A stretch of DNA of 63,253 nucleotides, the filler included, from Dugesia japonica (Eukaryota), in assembly GCA_001938525.1 (NCBI GenBank). It is 6 parts of 6 records of this genome, joined end to end, with 100 filler letters (N's around TTAATTAATTAA, not from the genome) between each part and the next. Parts side by side here need not be neighbours in the genome. Positions count along the whole stretch, not along the records: positions 29,822 to 43,488 come from MQRL01591460.1; positions 43,589 to 53,472 come from MQRL01610535.1; 4 more parts are not named here. One strand, written 5' to 3'. Below are positions 39,701 to 52,920 of the stretch, one piece after another. Position 1 is the stretch's first letter. The number at the start of each line of letters is the position of its first letter. The notes under the pieces were generated by a model. It was given only the letters and a program-made list of their open reading frames with translations. It was not told where the DNA came from and made no database searches. Both the position numbers and the translations under genes were made by a program.

Positions 39701-42700
39701 AATTTCAGTTATACTCCAATTTTTGAAAAGTTTTTAAAACAAATCTAAATTTTAATTTAATTAATGATAATAATTTTTTTCCTGCCAAAACTGACCGTTG
39801 AATTTTAACATTCCGCATATTCTCATTTTATATTAGGGATTTCCCAGAAATTCAATTTTTTTCAAAGTACCCTTAATATTTTGTCGAGAAACTCTACTTT
39901 GGGAAATGACGATTTAAATTATCTAAAAGCTCTTGTACATTACATTTTATATTACATAATCAATTACGTAATCTCGCCAATAAATCAAATTAGTTAAAAA
40001 CATTCAAAAAAGACCTGCCTGAACATTAAATTTTGAATCAATCATCCTACTCAATATTGTCTCACACATCTGTCTTCCTGAGACAAGACAAAGCCGTTTA
40101 AAGTTTCTACACAAAATCTAAAATTATTTATACTAATAACTATTTTACAACTTTTGTTCGGCGATATTACTTTCACTACAAACTCGACAATTCCTCTGAA
40201 TTCTCTCCAATATATATGACTTTACACTTATTTTATATTCATATTTATAAACAAGATCTTTCAAAATAATTGGATATTAAATTGCGGCGAATTAGCCTCT
40301 CAGTTGTCACGGAATTCATGAGTAGGTCATAAATATCATGTATAACGGCATTCTTGGAAACAATTTAACATACTGACATTTGCGAACAGCACCAACTCAC
40401 AAAATAAACTATTATTGAATGATAGCTATTGGTACTTATATAACACTGGTTTAAATTGATGAAGCCTAGTTACTCATGTGCGACTCTGGTGTCATTACCA
40501 ATCAAACTGTTAATTTGTTCTATTTCATATAAATACCGGGAATTTATTAAATAGTAAAAGCTGAAAGCCAAATTTTCCGCACCGGTGAACTGATATTTGT
40601 ACTTTTTGTATAAATCATGGTTTTTGATTATTTTTTATCAACGAAATTCATAAATTTAATAGTACTTCCAATTCGTATTTCGAACAGTGCACCTGCATCA
40701 GCCATATTATATAATAATTATTGACTACTAAAAAAACGCATTAAAATATGATTAGTTTACTATTATGACACTTCAATTTACTTCAAGAAACTCTATTATT
40801 TATGGATTTACAACTGTAAGATACTCAATTTTAATGATTTACTAAATCAAAGAATCGAGAAGTATAATTTACAAATTTTTATTAACACAAGCAGTCTATG
40901 TAAAAATGTCTAATTTAATAAAATGAATATTACGTAATTTTCACATTGGTATTGTAATGACGTAACATATTTGAGCTTAAATAAATAAATCAAGCATGAG
41001 TTTCAAAGAATACCATTATCTATGTATAAATCCATAAAATAAATAATCTATTATTAGTACAATGATATGCCTAGATACGTTACTATGACTAAAGTCTGTT
41101 ATGTGACATTTTATTAGAACTATTATAAAGCTAGACTAATTCAAAGCGAAATTTTAATTGGCCAATTCATTATATTGAAAAGTATTCAATTTTCTTAAGA
41201 GAAAATAAATTCATTTTTAAATATTTTTAGAGCTATTATTATGGAAAAAACGTCAAATATTAATCCGTTCCTTTTAATAATGCTCACCACAACTTTTATG
41301 TGACTATATCTGATCATTTGATAATGTTATATAATGTCTATATTGTCTCATTTTATGACCCATAGCTTATCGTGTATGCATATAAATAATCGAGAATCTA
41401 ATGTAATTTTCCTTCGATAATTTTAATTCATTTTCCTATTAAATTGAGTGTTTTATGACGCCTATCTTTTCCTTAAATATCACGTTCTGAATTTTATTAT
41501 TTTACATAAAATTATGCATTTGATTTTATATATTGATGCACCATTTCATTGTAGCAGTATAATTGCACTTATAAACTGTTTTAAGATTTTTGTTTATAAT
41601 TCAAAATTGTCCGGATGACTGCTATTTTTTTGCACTTTTAATTCAAAATATGAATCTTAAAAATTTTAACAATAAATATAATTTAATTGTAATATAATCC
41701 AAATTGTTATTATTATTAATAATGGGTTTATTGGAAAAAGTTTTGTCATAAATAATTCTTAAACAAACATCATTAGGTATCATTTTCGGATTTTTTAAAA
41801 TTTCAAGTGCTTTATCTTCTTCATGCCACATAAGTGGGTAATTAGTTTACGTTCAATGGAAAAGTTATTTACATTTGCGAAAGAAAAATAAACGTGAAAT
41901 CTTTACTAAATTTCTTAAGCAGAAAATAAATCCCATGTGCCATAAGATACGTAAAAATGATTTTTGTAAATTTCTGAACATGAAAATATATAATTTAAAA
42001 ATGTGTNNNNNNNNNNNNNNNNNNNNNNACTAATCCAAGCATGCTTAATTTTTGTCAGCATCTGAGTTTGCCTTATTAAAGCCTAGGGCTTAAATTCAAA
42101 ATAACATACATTTAAAAGCAAGCCAAAAAATTTCACAAAAACCAGTTGATTTTCGATTTGCTCATCAAAAATATCTGTTTCATCATCATCAACAACTCTA
42201 TTTTATTCTTTCTTTATTTCCATCAATTCAATTGTACTAAATTCAAAAAGTCCTTGTTCAATTATATATTTATATGTCAATATAATTAACCACAATGTTT
42301 TTTAAAAAGGATTTACTTAAATTACCGATGGGCCCAATTTTGGAAAACCCCGGTTTTTCAATTTTATATTAATTAGATTGTTTTTAAAAAAAAATATTGT
42401 GATATCTTTACTAATATATAGCACGTATAATATAGCACATTGATGGGTAAACTTTTTCAAGCTGCGACACACCTAAGTAATTAAGTTTTTCGCGATACGC
42501 CAATTAATATTTTTGCAATTTAAAGCGGTACCAAAATCATTTATTTAAATTCTTTTTGAAAAAACTAATAAAACATTATTATTCTTTATATAAGATTGAA
42601 AATCAATGCGATATATGGGCGTGGCGTTGTGAACAGTTTTTTCAAAATTTTTAATTTATTTTCTCGACACCACTAAAATACCATGAACTCAAAAAAAAAT

Positions 42701-43488
42701 AATTCTTGACAAAAATGTTTTTTTCAATAAAATTCTAACTGATTTTTTATTGTTTTGTATTTTTTTTTCTTTTATAAAAAATTTATTTTTAATATAAATA
42801 CTTAATTTTTTGTTTTTAATTCAAAAACTTTTTAGTGTACTAATTATTTGAATAAGGACATAAGTAGTAGTATTATAAATAAAAGGAAAGCATTGTTCTC
42901 CGAGAGATTACACTTTAAATTAATTATAATACAAGTCTCGTCAAAAGTCATCCGATGCTAAGTTAGAACCATTTAATTTCCAGAGTTATTTAATTTTAAC
43001 AACTGGATAAATTTAATAAAAAAATACATCTAAATATGAATAATGTGGGATTNNNNNNNNNNNNNNNNNNNNNNNNNNNNNNNNNNNNNNNNNNNNNNNN
43101 NNNNNNNNNNNNNNNNNNNNNNNNNNNNNNNNNNNNNNNNNNNNNNNNNNNNNNNNNNNNNNNNNNTGCTTTAACGGTCTACTTCAAATTAAGATTACCA
43201 GAAGATATAACATATCTCGAATGCTTAAAGCCGAAACGTTCCTTAATTTGTAGATTCAAGATGAGTTTTGTGAATATGATGAATTGGATATTTTATATTA
43301 TGTTCATTTTATTAATAATAATGCTGGTATTGATTCTGGGATATTTTCTGAATCTTTATCGAATAAAAAGGAAGGAAATTAAAGAAAAGCATATAAGTGA
43401 ATTGAAAGAAGTTGTTTCCAGCATATCAGATTTACTTCAAGATCAATTGCGACAATCGGACTATAGTGCTACTACTGATAAATTTCTT
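33721..43488 (+). CDS. LEMD2/LEMD3: LEM-domain inner nuclear membrane protein (MAN1/LEMD2 type). Exons 33721-33846, 33898 to about 34519, about 37836-38337, and about 43167-43488; 3' end lost at spacer
   Basis: LEM domain YTDKEIRNILKSYGEEIGPITDTTRNIYLKKI; 51-nt intron 33847-33897; TM1 (ILLVGVIICIVVVFFGYF); luminal Cys region; LECLKPKRSLICRF followed by TM2 and the start of the MSC domain. Internal exon boundaries are partly inferred. Confidence 0.85.
34877..35760. repeat. G-rich minisatellite (~42-50 bp: gagattttgcgtacMgagaga(ga)n..ggtggttggattKag), roughly 20 units, in LEM gene intron
   Basis: Directly visible; unit length varies with an internal (GA)n tract. Confidence 0.95.
36159..36594. 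repeat. 112-bp tandem repeat (at least 3 units, partly in a gap)
   Basis: aaaacactcatatttt recurs at 36377 and 36489; each unit holds the hairpin TTTGTG-TACG-CACAAA. Confidence 0.9.
37189..37422. ncRNA. Most complete palindromic PLE-associated repeat, with hammerhead motifs on both strands (minus 37292-37326; plus 37331-37365)
   Basis: Plus: AATTC-CTGACGA-agaaaaagtc-GAAA-TA-TA-GAATT (stem I AATTC/GAATT perfect). Minus: ttc-CTGACGA-a-GAC-aaa-GTC-GAAA-TA-TA-gaa. Confidence 0.7.
38702..39091. repeat. 33-bp minisatellite (atatgattggatattaaatDataaattaatttY), about 12 visible units
   Basis: Directly visible; extends into the preceding gap. Confidence 0.95.
40950..42200 (-). mobile_element. Highly decayed hAT (ZMYM1/DUF4371-like) transposase
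   Basis: Scattered remnants GFCEIFWL, a frameshifted PL(R)GHEE-like motif near 41830, NETI..MIRY and SNVS. Confidence 0.4.
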
Positions 43489-43772
43489 NNNNNNNNNNNN
43501 NNNNNNNNNNNNNNNNNNNNNNNNNNNNNNNNTTAATTAATTAANNNNNNNNNNNNNNNNNNNNNNNNNNNNNNNNNNNNNNNNNNNNTTTAATTTGCTT
43601 GATAAAATTTAGAAAATTCGCAACACGAATGCAAAACATTTACAAATCAAGTACAAAATATACCAATTTAAATTTAGAAATTTAAATTTCATAGAATTTA
43701 TATACTACGTTATGGTTTTTTATTATGCATATATATAATGCATTTCATTATTATTTCTTGAAATTTTTAAAT

Positions 43773-43955
43773 ATGAATTTTTCAAATATGAAAATAATGG
43801 AAGAACAATTTAGTAAACAAGGTTTGGTTTTTTTATTAATTTTATAATTTTATTAAATTTATAATTTAGGAATGCTTATAGACATAATAGAGAAAAGAAA
43901 GAGGCTTGATGAAGAACGAAAACCCATGCTTCCGGATTGCATTGTCAATGAGTAA
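43773..43955 (+). CDS. Small spliced orphan ORF (exons 43773-43821, 43870-43955)
   Basis: A 48-nt GT-AG intron joins MNFSNMKIMEEQFSKQ-G-MLIDIIEKRKRLDEERKPMLPDCIVNE in frame; it may splice onward at GA|GTAAAT. Confidence 0.4.
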
Positions 43956-45214
43956 ATGGAGGCTGAATTTTGTGAACCTGATTGTATCGGGTGCGCAGAG
44001 TTTAACCTCTATNNNNNNNNNNNNNNNNNNNNNNNNNNNNNNNNNNGATGCGTTTAATAGATATAATGCATATTTTTGTTATCATTAAAATAAATGTATT
44101 ATTTTTAAGTCTTTGTTTTTTATTTATTTAAGTTTTTTTTATTTATTTAGGTTATTTTAAAAACTAAAATAAAATTAAGAAGATTTATTTTTTTCATAAA
44201 TATTTATTTCAATAAAAAAAAATAAATAAAGTGTTGGGTATTTCTACGCAACAAAGGATTTTATAGTTCTGATTTTTTTGTAATATAAATAAGTGATTGA
44301 TTTTATGGTAGTTGATTTTTCCCTTGTAATTATGTAAATACAAATACTANATAATGATATTTTTAAGCAAAGTTATAAATACGTGATATATGTATTGACC
44401 TTAGTAAATAAATAAAATAAAACACACCTCATAAATAATATTCTACGAATAGACTTATACAGCTTATGGCGCAGGAATTTTATATTAAAAGAAAAAAGCC
44501 ACTCAAAGAGAGAGATTTTTCCAGTTAATTTTTTTTTCTGAAAATTTTACAAAACCAATAAGTATTTATACTGATTTCTCATGCAAACACACATATACAT
44601 GCAACATAAGTAATCATTATTTTATAAACAAAATCCATATTTTCTGTACAAAATAAATCCATATTTTCTGTACAAAATAAATCCATATTTTCAGCAATAA
44701 ATGTCACCTGTTGTTTTTCTTTCATAAATTTATTGAACAGGATTTCAGTAGTTTAATAAATATCACAATATTTTTTCACTAATTTATTGAACTCAATTAA
44801 TAAATACTATCTGGTGAACAAAATTACAAAATAAACTAATAAAATTACATTCTAAATTCAAAATAAAATTATAAACTACTAAATTAAAATACAAAAATAA
44901 AAATTATACTAATAANNNNNNNNNNNNNNNNNNNNNNNNNNNNNNNNNNNNNNNNNNNNNNNNNNTCAGATAGGATATTGATCAAATAAAATATAACAAA
45001 GTCAGTATTGAATAATTGTTGAATAATTGAATTGATTTTTCTCTAATCGAATTTTGATTGGGCTTGAACGTTGATTTAGACGAACTTGCATTTGAATACA
45101 TGTGTGCATTATTATCTATGTTATGCGTGCAATTTTTATACTTTACTTTGTATTTTGAATACTCAACACAAGTAAACATAAAGTAAACATTAAGGAAACA
45201 CCAAGTAAACCAAT

Positions 45215-45647
45215 TTAGATCGTCTTTGCAATATTTTTAAGTTTCCAAATGACTCCTACTGAATTAATGGACTTCTTGAAACCTTTAATCTCAACTTGAA
45301 TTATATTTTGACTATCGTCTTCATATTGGTTCTTGTCCTTTTCTTTAAAACTTATATAAATAACCTCATTGGCGTCAATTTGTCTGCTTAATCTTGGAAA
45401 CATGGCTTCCAGTACATTTTTATCCTTCTCATGAATTCCAGATGGAACCAAACTAAATTTGGCCTTTTTTATTGAAACTGGTTTCTAAAATAATAAGTTA
45501 TAATGAAATAAAAAAAATAATTACTTTGAAGTCATAGATAATTGAAGTCTTCAAAAAGAACAACTTGTAATTATGGAAATCTGTAATTTTTCCAAATTCA
45601 ACAGTTATTGTTGAGACGTTTTCTTTAGTTAGTTGATTTTTTTGCAT
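45215..45647 (-). pseudogene. Spliced orphan gene (5' exon frameshifted) in a Polinton-like segment
   Basis: ..QVVLFEDFNIYDFK, a short GT-AG intron, then KPVSIKKAKFSLVPSGIHEKDKNVLEAMFPRL..IIQVEIKGFKKSINSVGVIWKLKNIAKTI*. Confidence 0.5.
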
Positions 45648-46003
45648 TTTTGAATTGTAAAAGTGATTAATGTTATGTAAAACTTTGCTTTTATACTAGT
45701 TACGATACACACACTCGTTATTTGTGAGTTCCTATTTGTTAATATGTACTATAATTGATATGATTGGTTATTGGGTTTATATAAATAGNNNNNNNNNNNN
45801 NNNNNNNNNNNNNNNNNNNNNNNNNNNNNNNNNNNNNNNNNNNNNNNNNNNNNNNNNNNNNNNNNNNNNNNNNNNNNNNNNNNNNNNNNNNNNNNNNNNN
45901 NNNNNNNNNNNNNNNNNNNNNNNNNNNNNNNNNNNNNNNNNNNNNNNNNNNNNNNNNNNNNNNNNNNNNNNNNNNNNNNNNNNNNNNNNNNNAAGATAAA
46001 AAG

Positions 46004-46373
46004 ATGGAAGATACATGTCATGATGATGGTAACGATAGTGGTTATTTTGAAATTGAAGACAAAAATGATGAGAATTATTATGGTAAAAGTTTAATTTATT
46101 ATTGTTTAATTTAATTATTTTTTAAAATTAGTGTTGGAGATATTACATGAAAATTTTCCAGAATTACTTCATGAATATATGCTGTTGATGATGATTGAAT
46201 ATTTAAAGCATTTATTGCAGAAAAAAGCAATAGATATGTTTCAAGTTATGGACAATTTCGTTATAGAACTTCATGCAGGTTTCCCTTTCAATGAAAACAA
46301 GAACCATTATGAAGCCTTAAAAGAAATAATTTTGAAGATGACTGAAGAATATCATAAAAAAATGTTTAATTAA
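46004..46373 (+). CDS. Intact two-exon orphan gene, 106 aa (exons 46004-46082, 46132-46373)
   Basis: A 49-nt phase-1 GT-AG intron gives an uninterrupted MEDTCHDDGNDSGYFEIEDKNDENYYVLEILHENFPELL..KKMFN*, with AATAAA right after the stop. Confidence 0.65.
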
Positions 46374-46556
46374 TAAATGTTATATTAATAAATGTTTTAT
46401 TGGATAATTGTTTTCTTTTTTTAATTATTTATTTATTTTTTATTTATTTAATAAATACGTTTTTTTATAATACTAAGTAAACAAAAAAACAATATTTTAA
46501 ATAAATTAATTTATGATAACTAATTTCATTAACATACATTTTAAGTGGATACATAC

Positions 46557-47470
46557 ATATCGCTAATTAGACTTTTTATTAAAAATTGCAACATTAATGA
46601 GACTTTTTATTAAAAAATGACAACAGTAATGAAACATTTTATTAAACGTTGCATCGCTAATGAGATTTGTTATTTAAAATTGCAACACTAATCAGACTTT
46701 TTATTAATAATTGCAACACTAATGATACTTTTTATTAAATATTGCATCACTAATATGTTTTTAAAGAAAATTACCTAGTTAATGTTTTTTTTTATGATAA
46801 AAGTTATGTTTTTATCATCTTGTAAAGAAACGTTTTAATTTGAATATTGTATCATACAAATATCACAAAGACTCCCCTCGTTGAACTTTTATTTGAATTT
46901 TTAATAAAAGTGATATTTTATTATGCAAATATCGCCAAGACTCCCCTCTGTGAAGTTTTTAAATAGATATATTTTCATAACTGCAACTCAGAAGCATTAC
47001 AGCTGCAACACACAAACACTGAAAATCACGTGCCTGGGAATTTTTTATTAATAAATGCCATAGGTATGCGACTCAGTTGCAACTCGGATGCAACACACTT
47101 ACACTGAAAATCACATGCCTAGGAATTTTTATTGATATTTTAAATAAATGCAATAAGTATGCAGCTCAGATGCAACTAAGATGCTAAATATAGAGGTTCC
47201 CCATGTTAAATATAGTAGCTCCCCATTCAAAATTTCAAGGCTGCTCATACCTTGCAAAATATCAAGTCTGTCCCAACCCGTGCTAAATATAGAGGCTCCA
47301 CATGTTAAATATAATGACTCCCCATTCAAAATTTCAAGACTTCTCATATCATGCAAAATATCTAGACTACCTATACAATGCATAAATTCCTTGTAATAAT
47401 ATCTTAAAAATATCTTAAAAAATATCAAGACTGCCCAATATCATGTAATACTATCTTAAAAAATATCAAG
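46557..47470. repeat. Nested subterminal repeat arrays (~31-bp units 46557-46755; gatgcaac/aaatatcaagact units to 47470)
   Basis: Directly visible; reverse-complement homology to 16740-16970 and 19530-19590. Confidence 0.75.
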
Positions 47471-48104
47471 ATTGTTCGATATATTGTAATAATATCTTAA
47501 TAATACCCATTTAAACGGAAAATTTCCAACCAAAATATTTTTTTTGAATTTCCCGCCAAAAAGCTTTTAAAATATCAAGACTCCTCTCTTCCCCGTTCAA
47601 AAATATTAAAAAACAATCCTTCCCTGATCAAAAAACCGAAAAAATAACCAAAAAAGCAATCAAATACATTAAAATACCATTACTTTCATTAAATTCATCA
47701 ATTTAAGCAAAATACAGCATTTTAAACCAAAATAAAGATTTCAANNNNNNNNNNNNNNNNNNNNNNNNNNNNNNNNNNNNNNNNNNNNNNNNNNNNNNNN
47801 NNNNNNNNNNNNNNNNNNNNNNNNNNNNNNNNNNNNNNNNNNNNNNNNNNNNNNNNNNNNNNNNNNNNNNNNNNNNNNATTTTTTAACACACTTATACTA
47901 CTTACAAAATAAACCAATCAAAAAGTAGCCCTTAAAATAAAACATCAAAGCAGATTCGACAACCAACATCTTCCCTATCACATTACCTCTCCAACAAACC
48001 ATCAACCAACAAATTCCATCAACCACATACAAACCTACAGCCTCCATAAAAATTACAGGACAAAATTATCAATATTTTAAATTAAATATATATTATGATC
48101 AAGT

Positions 48105-49314
48105 CTTACTTCATAATGTATTCCAATGTTGCAAAGATATTATTTGCAATAAAATTGTTCGGTTGTCACTATTTTGAATTTCACTTTCAAATACACCATA
48201 AATTATGACATATTTATGGGGTATTTAAAGCTTTAGAAACTTTGATATCCAACCGCAAATTTCCTTGTTTAAGTAATTGACTCTGATTAATATCAAAATC
48301 TGGAGTTTTTTCAAAATTTAGTTTTGAATTCTTCACGTGTAATTCCGAAATTCCTATCCAAATTTTTATCCAAATATTCCATATTTTAAACTATAGATTG
48401 CATATATGTTGTACTATAATTATCGTTTTCAAAATCCAGAGTATATGCTTCTCGATAATCAATGTTCTTTTAAATAAATTATGGAAGTAGCATTGAGATG
48501 AACAAAGTTTGAACTAGACTTTTTATAGCTCCAACATATTGATCTTCACTTTGAAATGTGACTAGATTAAAGTTTTGTAGCTGACAATCACCAAATATTT
48601 GTTCCTTATAAAATAATGTACTACCTTTACTAATTACAAAGGCAACAATTTCTTTCTTTTTATTGGATAAACTGCATTTTGTTTTTTTAATCCTATTTGA
48701 TGACCTGCGTCTAGAAATTGATATTTTGGCTCATCAGCAGTTGATTCCAAACACATTATTGAAGATGATCTAGTCATTTGAGTTTGTATATTAACACCTG
48801 TAATGAGATATTTAGGCTGATCCATAAAATTAAGTTGCAATGAACCACAAAAAGACAATGCTTAATATATTTTAATATACTTTTGCTATCTGTTTCTGTT
48901 CCATACCCTATTGTTGTAAGACAAATATTCTTACTATCTACATTATAATTGAAAATAGTTTCAATCATAGCCTTCGGAATATATGTATTGCTTCGATTTG
49001 GACATTATTAACTGAAAGAATGACAGTTCTGAACAGATTATGAACCATTTAGTTGGTGTGTGCTACATCATCAGAAGATTCAGCCAAACATTTTCAAGTA
49101 TTATCAACTACTTTACTTGTACATACAATAAAGTATCATTCAAATCCAAATATTCTGTTTATGATTCGTTTATAAAAAAGAATAATTCACTTTTTTGATC
49201 AACAATTGAATTCATAGGAGACACATCTTTAAATGCACCATACTCAATAACGGCTTGAGGTGATGGGCCATAAAAATTATATAATTTAGTATTCGATACT
49301 AAGTTTATCGTCAT
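48105..49314 (-). pseudogene. Polinton/Maverick major capsid protein (PY, double jelly-roll) relic, near full length
   Basis: MTINLVSNTKLYNFYGPSPQAVIEYGAFKDVSPMNSI..EYLDLNDTLLYVQVKV..HNLFRTV..YIPKAMIETIFNY..GSLQLNFMDQPKYLITGVNI..TPD..KQGNLRLDIK..IIYGVFESEI follows the Polinton MCP consensus from end to end; several stops and frameshifts. Confidence 0.85.
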
Positions 49315-50561
49315 TGGATTAAAATTAAATTAACTGGAACACCTTTCCGCAAATGCTCGATAACTTATCAAGTCAGGCANTGCGCTCCTATTTTTTAGGT
49401 AACTTGAGCACACTTTTGGTATTAGTCCTTTAGACAATGTGTAGACAGAATTTAGGTTCCACCTAGTTAGCAATGATTTCGATTCCAATAAGTTAAAATC
49501 AATAAAGTCAGAGTGCTGTTGAGTGCTAGAAGTGTTTATGAATTTCGATTAGCACACTTGCACACTTAAATAAAAAAGGTACAAGTACACATTCTGCGTG
49601 CATAGATACCAAATTTGATCCGATCAACAAAATTGCACCCAGTTTTTAAGAAGTTTTTAAAAATTTTAAAAATTTACCAATATTATTTTAAAATTTTTTA
49701 AGCATGAAAACAAAAAATTATTTTCCATCTCTGAAACATATAAAAATATATATAGTCATCTGTTACTTATTTACGCGAGGAGGAGTGGGTAAGGCTGTGT
49801 AATTCTATCTTCCTACTATAGATCATACAAATCAGTCAAATCAAGCTGTAATTTTAAATTTTCATAAATTTAATTTAAATTGTAATTTAAAAAAATGTTA
49901 AGACCAATTTAACAATTTTAATAATTTTTCATCTAGTAAATGTGTAATATGTATAAAATGTAGCAACATTTCAGAAAATGAGAGAGAACCTTTTTTATTA
50001 GGATCCTATCGCCGTGCCACGTTGGCCATACCCTAGATACAGAACGGGTTCTAGCAATATTCTTATTAATTATGTGACGTTCTGAACACGCTAAAACTTT
50101 ACAATTTTTAAAATTCTACATCACTAATAAAATCTAATTTTAGTTATTAATTAAATTTTACTCAAAATAATGCAATTAGAATAATTAAAAAAANNNNNNN
50201 NNNNNNNNNNNNNNNNNNNNNNNNNNNNNNNNNNNNNNNNNNNNNNNNNNNNNNNNNNNNNNNNNNNNNNNNNNNNNNNNNNNNNNNNNNNNNNNNNNNN
50301 NNNNNNNNNNNNNNNNNNNNNNNNNNNNNNNNNNNNNNNNNNNNNNNNNNNNNNNNNNNNNNNNNNNNNNNNNNNNNNNNNNNNNNNNNNNNNNAATCAA
50401 CGACAAACAAATAAAACAGTGAATAGCAACTATCTTGTTATTTTAAAAATAAAATCTCTAACACTGACACAAAAAGATAAATAAAGAAATCACTTTAAAG
50501 TTATGCACATCAAGCTATTATTTGTTTTAAATAAAATGGAAATGCCATTTCCAAATCTAAA

Positions 50562-50998
50562 TTATTTTTGAGTTACCTGAATGACCGAAAACAAAGCTCC
50601 ACAAGCGCGACAGCAAGGCTCACAACATATACTAGTAAGTGATTCCATAAGTGACTTGAATATAGAGCAATGAAGTCCGTAAACTTTACACATTGGTGTC
50701 AAGCACCAAATATACTCAAAAGATACACACGCAAAACAGCAGCCCCAACATAAAGCTACACATAAACCACAAATTACTGTCAAAAATTTATAGCAGCATC
50801 CTATCCCAAATTTATAACAGCAGTAAGAGTTCCGCCATAAACAATCTATCGAATGAGCGCCTTCTGGTTCAGCTAAAATGTCTTCAAATGTCACCTATAA
50901 ATTGTCAAATATTTTAATTGAAAGATAAATTACTATTCAACCTTTAAGTGCGTATTGATATTTCTAGGATCTCTATTTTCCAAGTCTAAATCTGCCAT
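50562..50998 (-). CDS. CAV: Caveolin (Cys-rich invertebrate type), 129 aa; exons 50998-50942 and 50894-50562
   Basis: MADLDLENRDPRNINTHLK|VTFEDILAEPEGAHSIDCLW (caveolin signature FEDVIAEP); 47-nt phase-0 intron. Confidence 0.95.
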
Positions 50999-52641
50999 AA
51001 TAAAAATCCAAATTATACAATTAATAACACATTGAATGTGGAATGCACTATAAATATTAGTTTCTATGGATTTGAAACTATGGTGCAACCATCAATAATA
51101 GATGAGCAATAGCAATTCAAAGTTAATCCTCATGATTATTTTTATTGGTGTTGCTATGCTGTACTATTTCAACACTGCATACAATCAAAAAATAATTTTC
51201 CAGTGCAATACAATGTGTCAAGGAAATGAAAATTTTATCTAAATATTTGTAACTAATAAATATCATTTACAAAAAATCAAATTTTAACAGTAAAATAAAA
51301 ATATTCACATTAATAATATATATATTCATATGATAAACTAACCTATGTTACGTCATATCTTTCATTAATATTCGGCATTTAAAAATTANNNNNNNNNNNN
51401 NNNNNNNNNNNNNNNNNNNNNNNNNNNNNNNNNNNNNNNNNNNNNNNNNNNNCCGAATTTCTTAACGAAAATATTTTAATAAATAATTTAGTTAACTTCA
51501 TAAAAGAAAATTTTAAATTTTAATATTTGAAATTAATTAATTATTATTATTAATTAATTTAAATTAATGACGTAGTTCAATAAAATAATTTTTGCTGCAT
51601 TAATTTTAAAATTTTAAATAATTTTAAATAAATAATTTTTGGAATAATTTTCAAATAAACGTTTCAATAAATAATTTTTAAAAATAGTTTAATCTGAATT
51701 TAAATTATATTAAAATCTTTTTGAATGAAATATTTCGAAAATTTATTGTTTTTGATTATTAAATAATTTTTTAATTAACTTCGGCCAGAATTAAATAAAA
51801 ATGTTTAGCTTGTTTTAAAATTTGTTTAAAAAACAAATTTATAGTTTGTGTTTTTGTTTTGTCTTGAATAAATATTGGAATGAAAATTGTTAATTTTTTA
51901 AATGCAAAGATGAATGTTACAGATTCATCTAACAACTATAATTCAATAACAAACTGATCATCAATAAGATTTATTTTATAAATAAACGATTTATAATTAA
52001 TTATTAACAATTAAAGGTTACAATAAATTACACAATTTAAATTTAAAACTTAAAAACATTTCTTTACTAAAATGGCATATCGATTACTAAATTAAATTGC
52101 GGTTTCAACAAAGTTTTTGACAAAAGTTATTAAAAATGATTAAACAAATTTCAAAATTTTTCAACTTTTAAATACACTAATGTTATGAAACGTTTCACAA
52201 AAATGGTTAAAAAAAATTTACCATTTCAATAAAAACTAAATTCACATTATGACGAAATCAAGACAAAATTACAATTAAATCTTTTACAATCACACTTTTA
52301 ATAATTTAACAAAAATTGACCAAACTTTACAATTAAAACGATAATAATTTAATTCTTTTAAATTTAACACAACAATAAAAGTTGTACATAAGTTATGTAC
52401 ATAAAAGAAATTATATGTAAAAACCCAATCAAAAAATTATGTGATTCAATTTATCTCCCACATTAATAATAATAATTTTGCTTCGACGAATAATTAGAAT
52501 TATGATACTATTAATATCCTTGTTATCTATCATAATTGAAAAATAACTAAGTGCTTAGAATATTTATTAAATNNNNNNNNNNNNNNNNNNNNNNNNNNNN
52601 NNNNNNNNNNNNNNNNNNNNNNNNNNNNNNNNNNNNNNNNN

Positions 52642-52920
52642 AAACGTTTTTCATCTTTTTGACCATTCTACTCTTTTGGTTTCAAACCATTTAGAAACTT
52701 GATTTCTACTTGATGTGCTGATACGTACCTCACTATCTGGTATGGCTCTTCATATAGCAAACCGTTTTTCCTTTATCAGCGTGGTTTTACTCGGATGAAT
52801 ACCCAATCTCCCTCTTTAAAGTATATTTTTCCTCGCTTATCTTTCTCGAAATTTTACATTTTCTGCGCCGCCTTCTCCAAATTCTGTCGCACTACATCTT
52901 TTCTGTTTGTCCTTCCACTG
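52642..52920 (-). mobile_element. Gypsy integrase C-terminal (GPY/F) relic
   Basis: VRQNLEKAAQKM*..FKEGDWVFIRV..LLYEEPYQIVRYVS. Confidence 0.6.

Noticed and set aside
39780-40705. Possible FLYWCH/MULE transposase relic (SWCCSQMSVC...THE) with subterminal repeats at 39440-39570
   Set aside because: Too decayed; no catalytic motifs could be recovered by eye.
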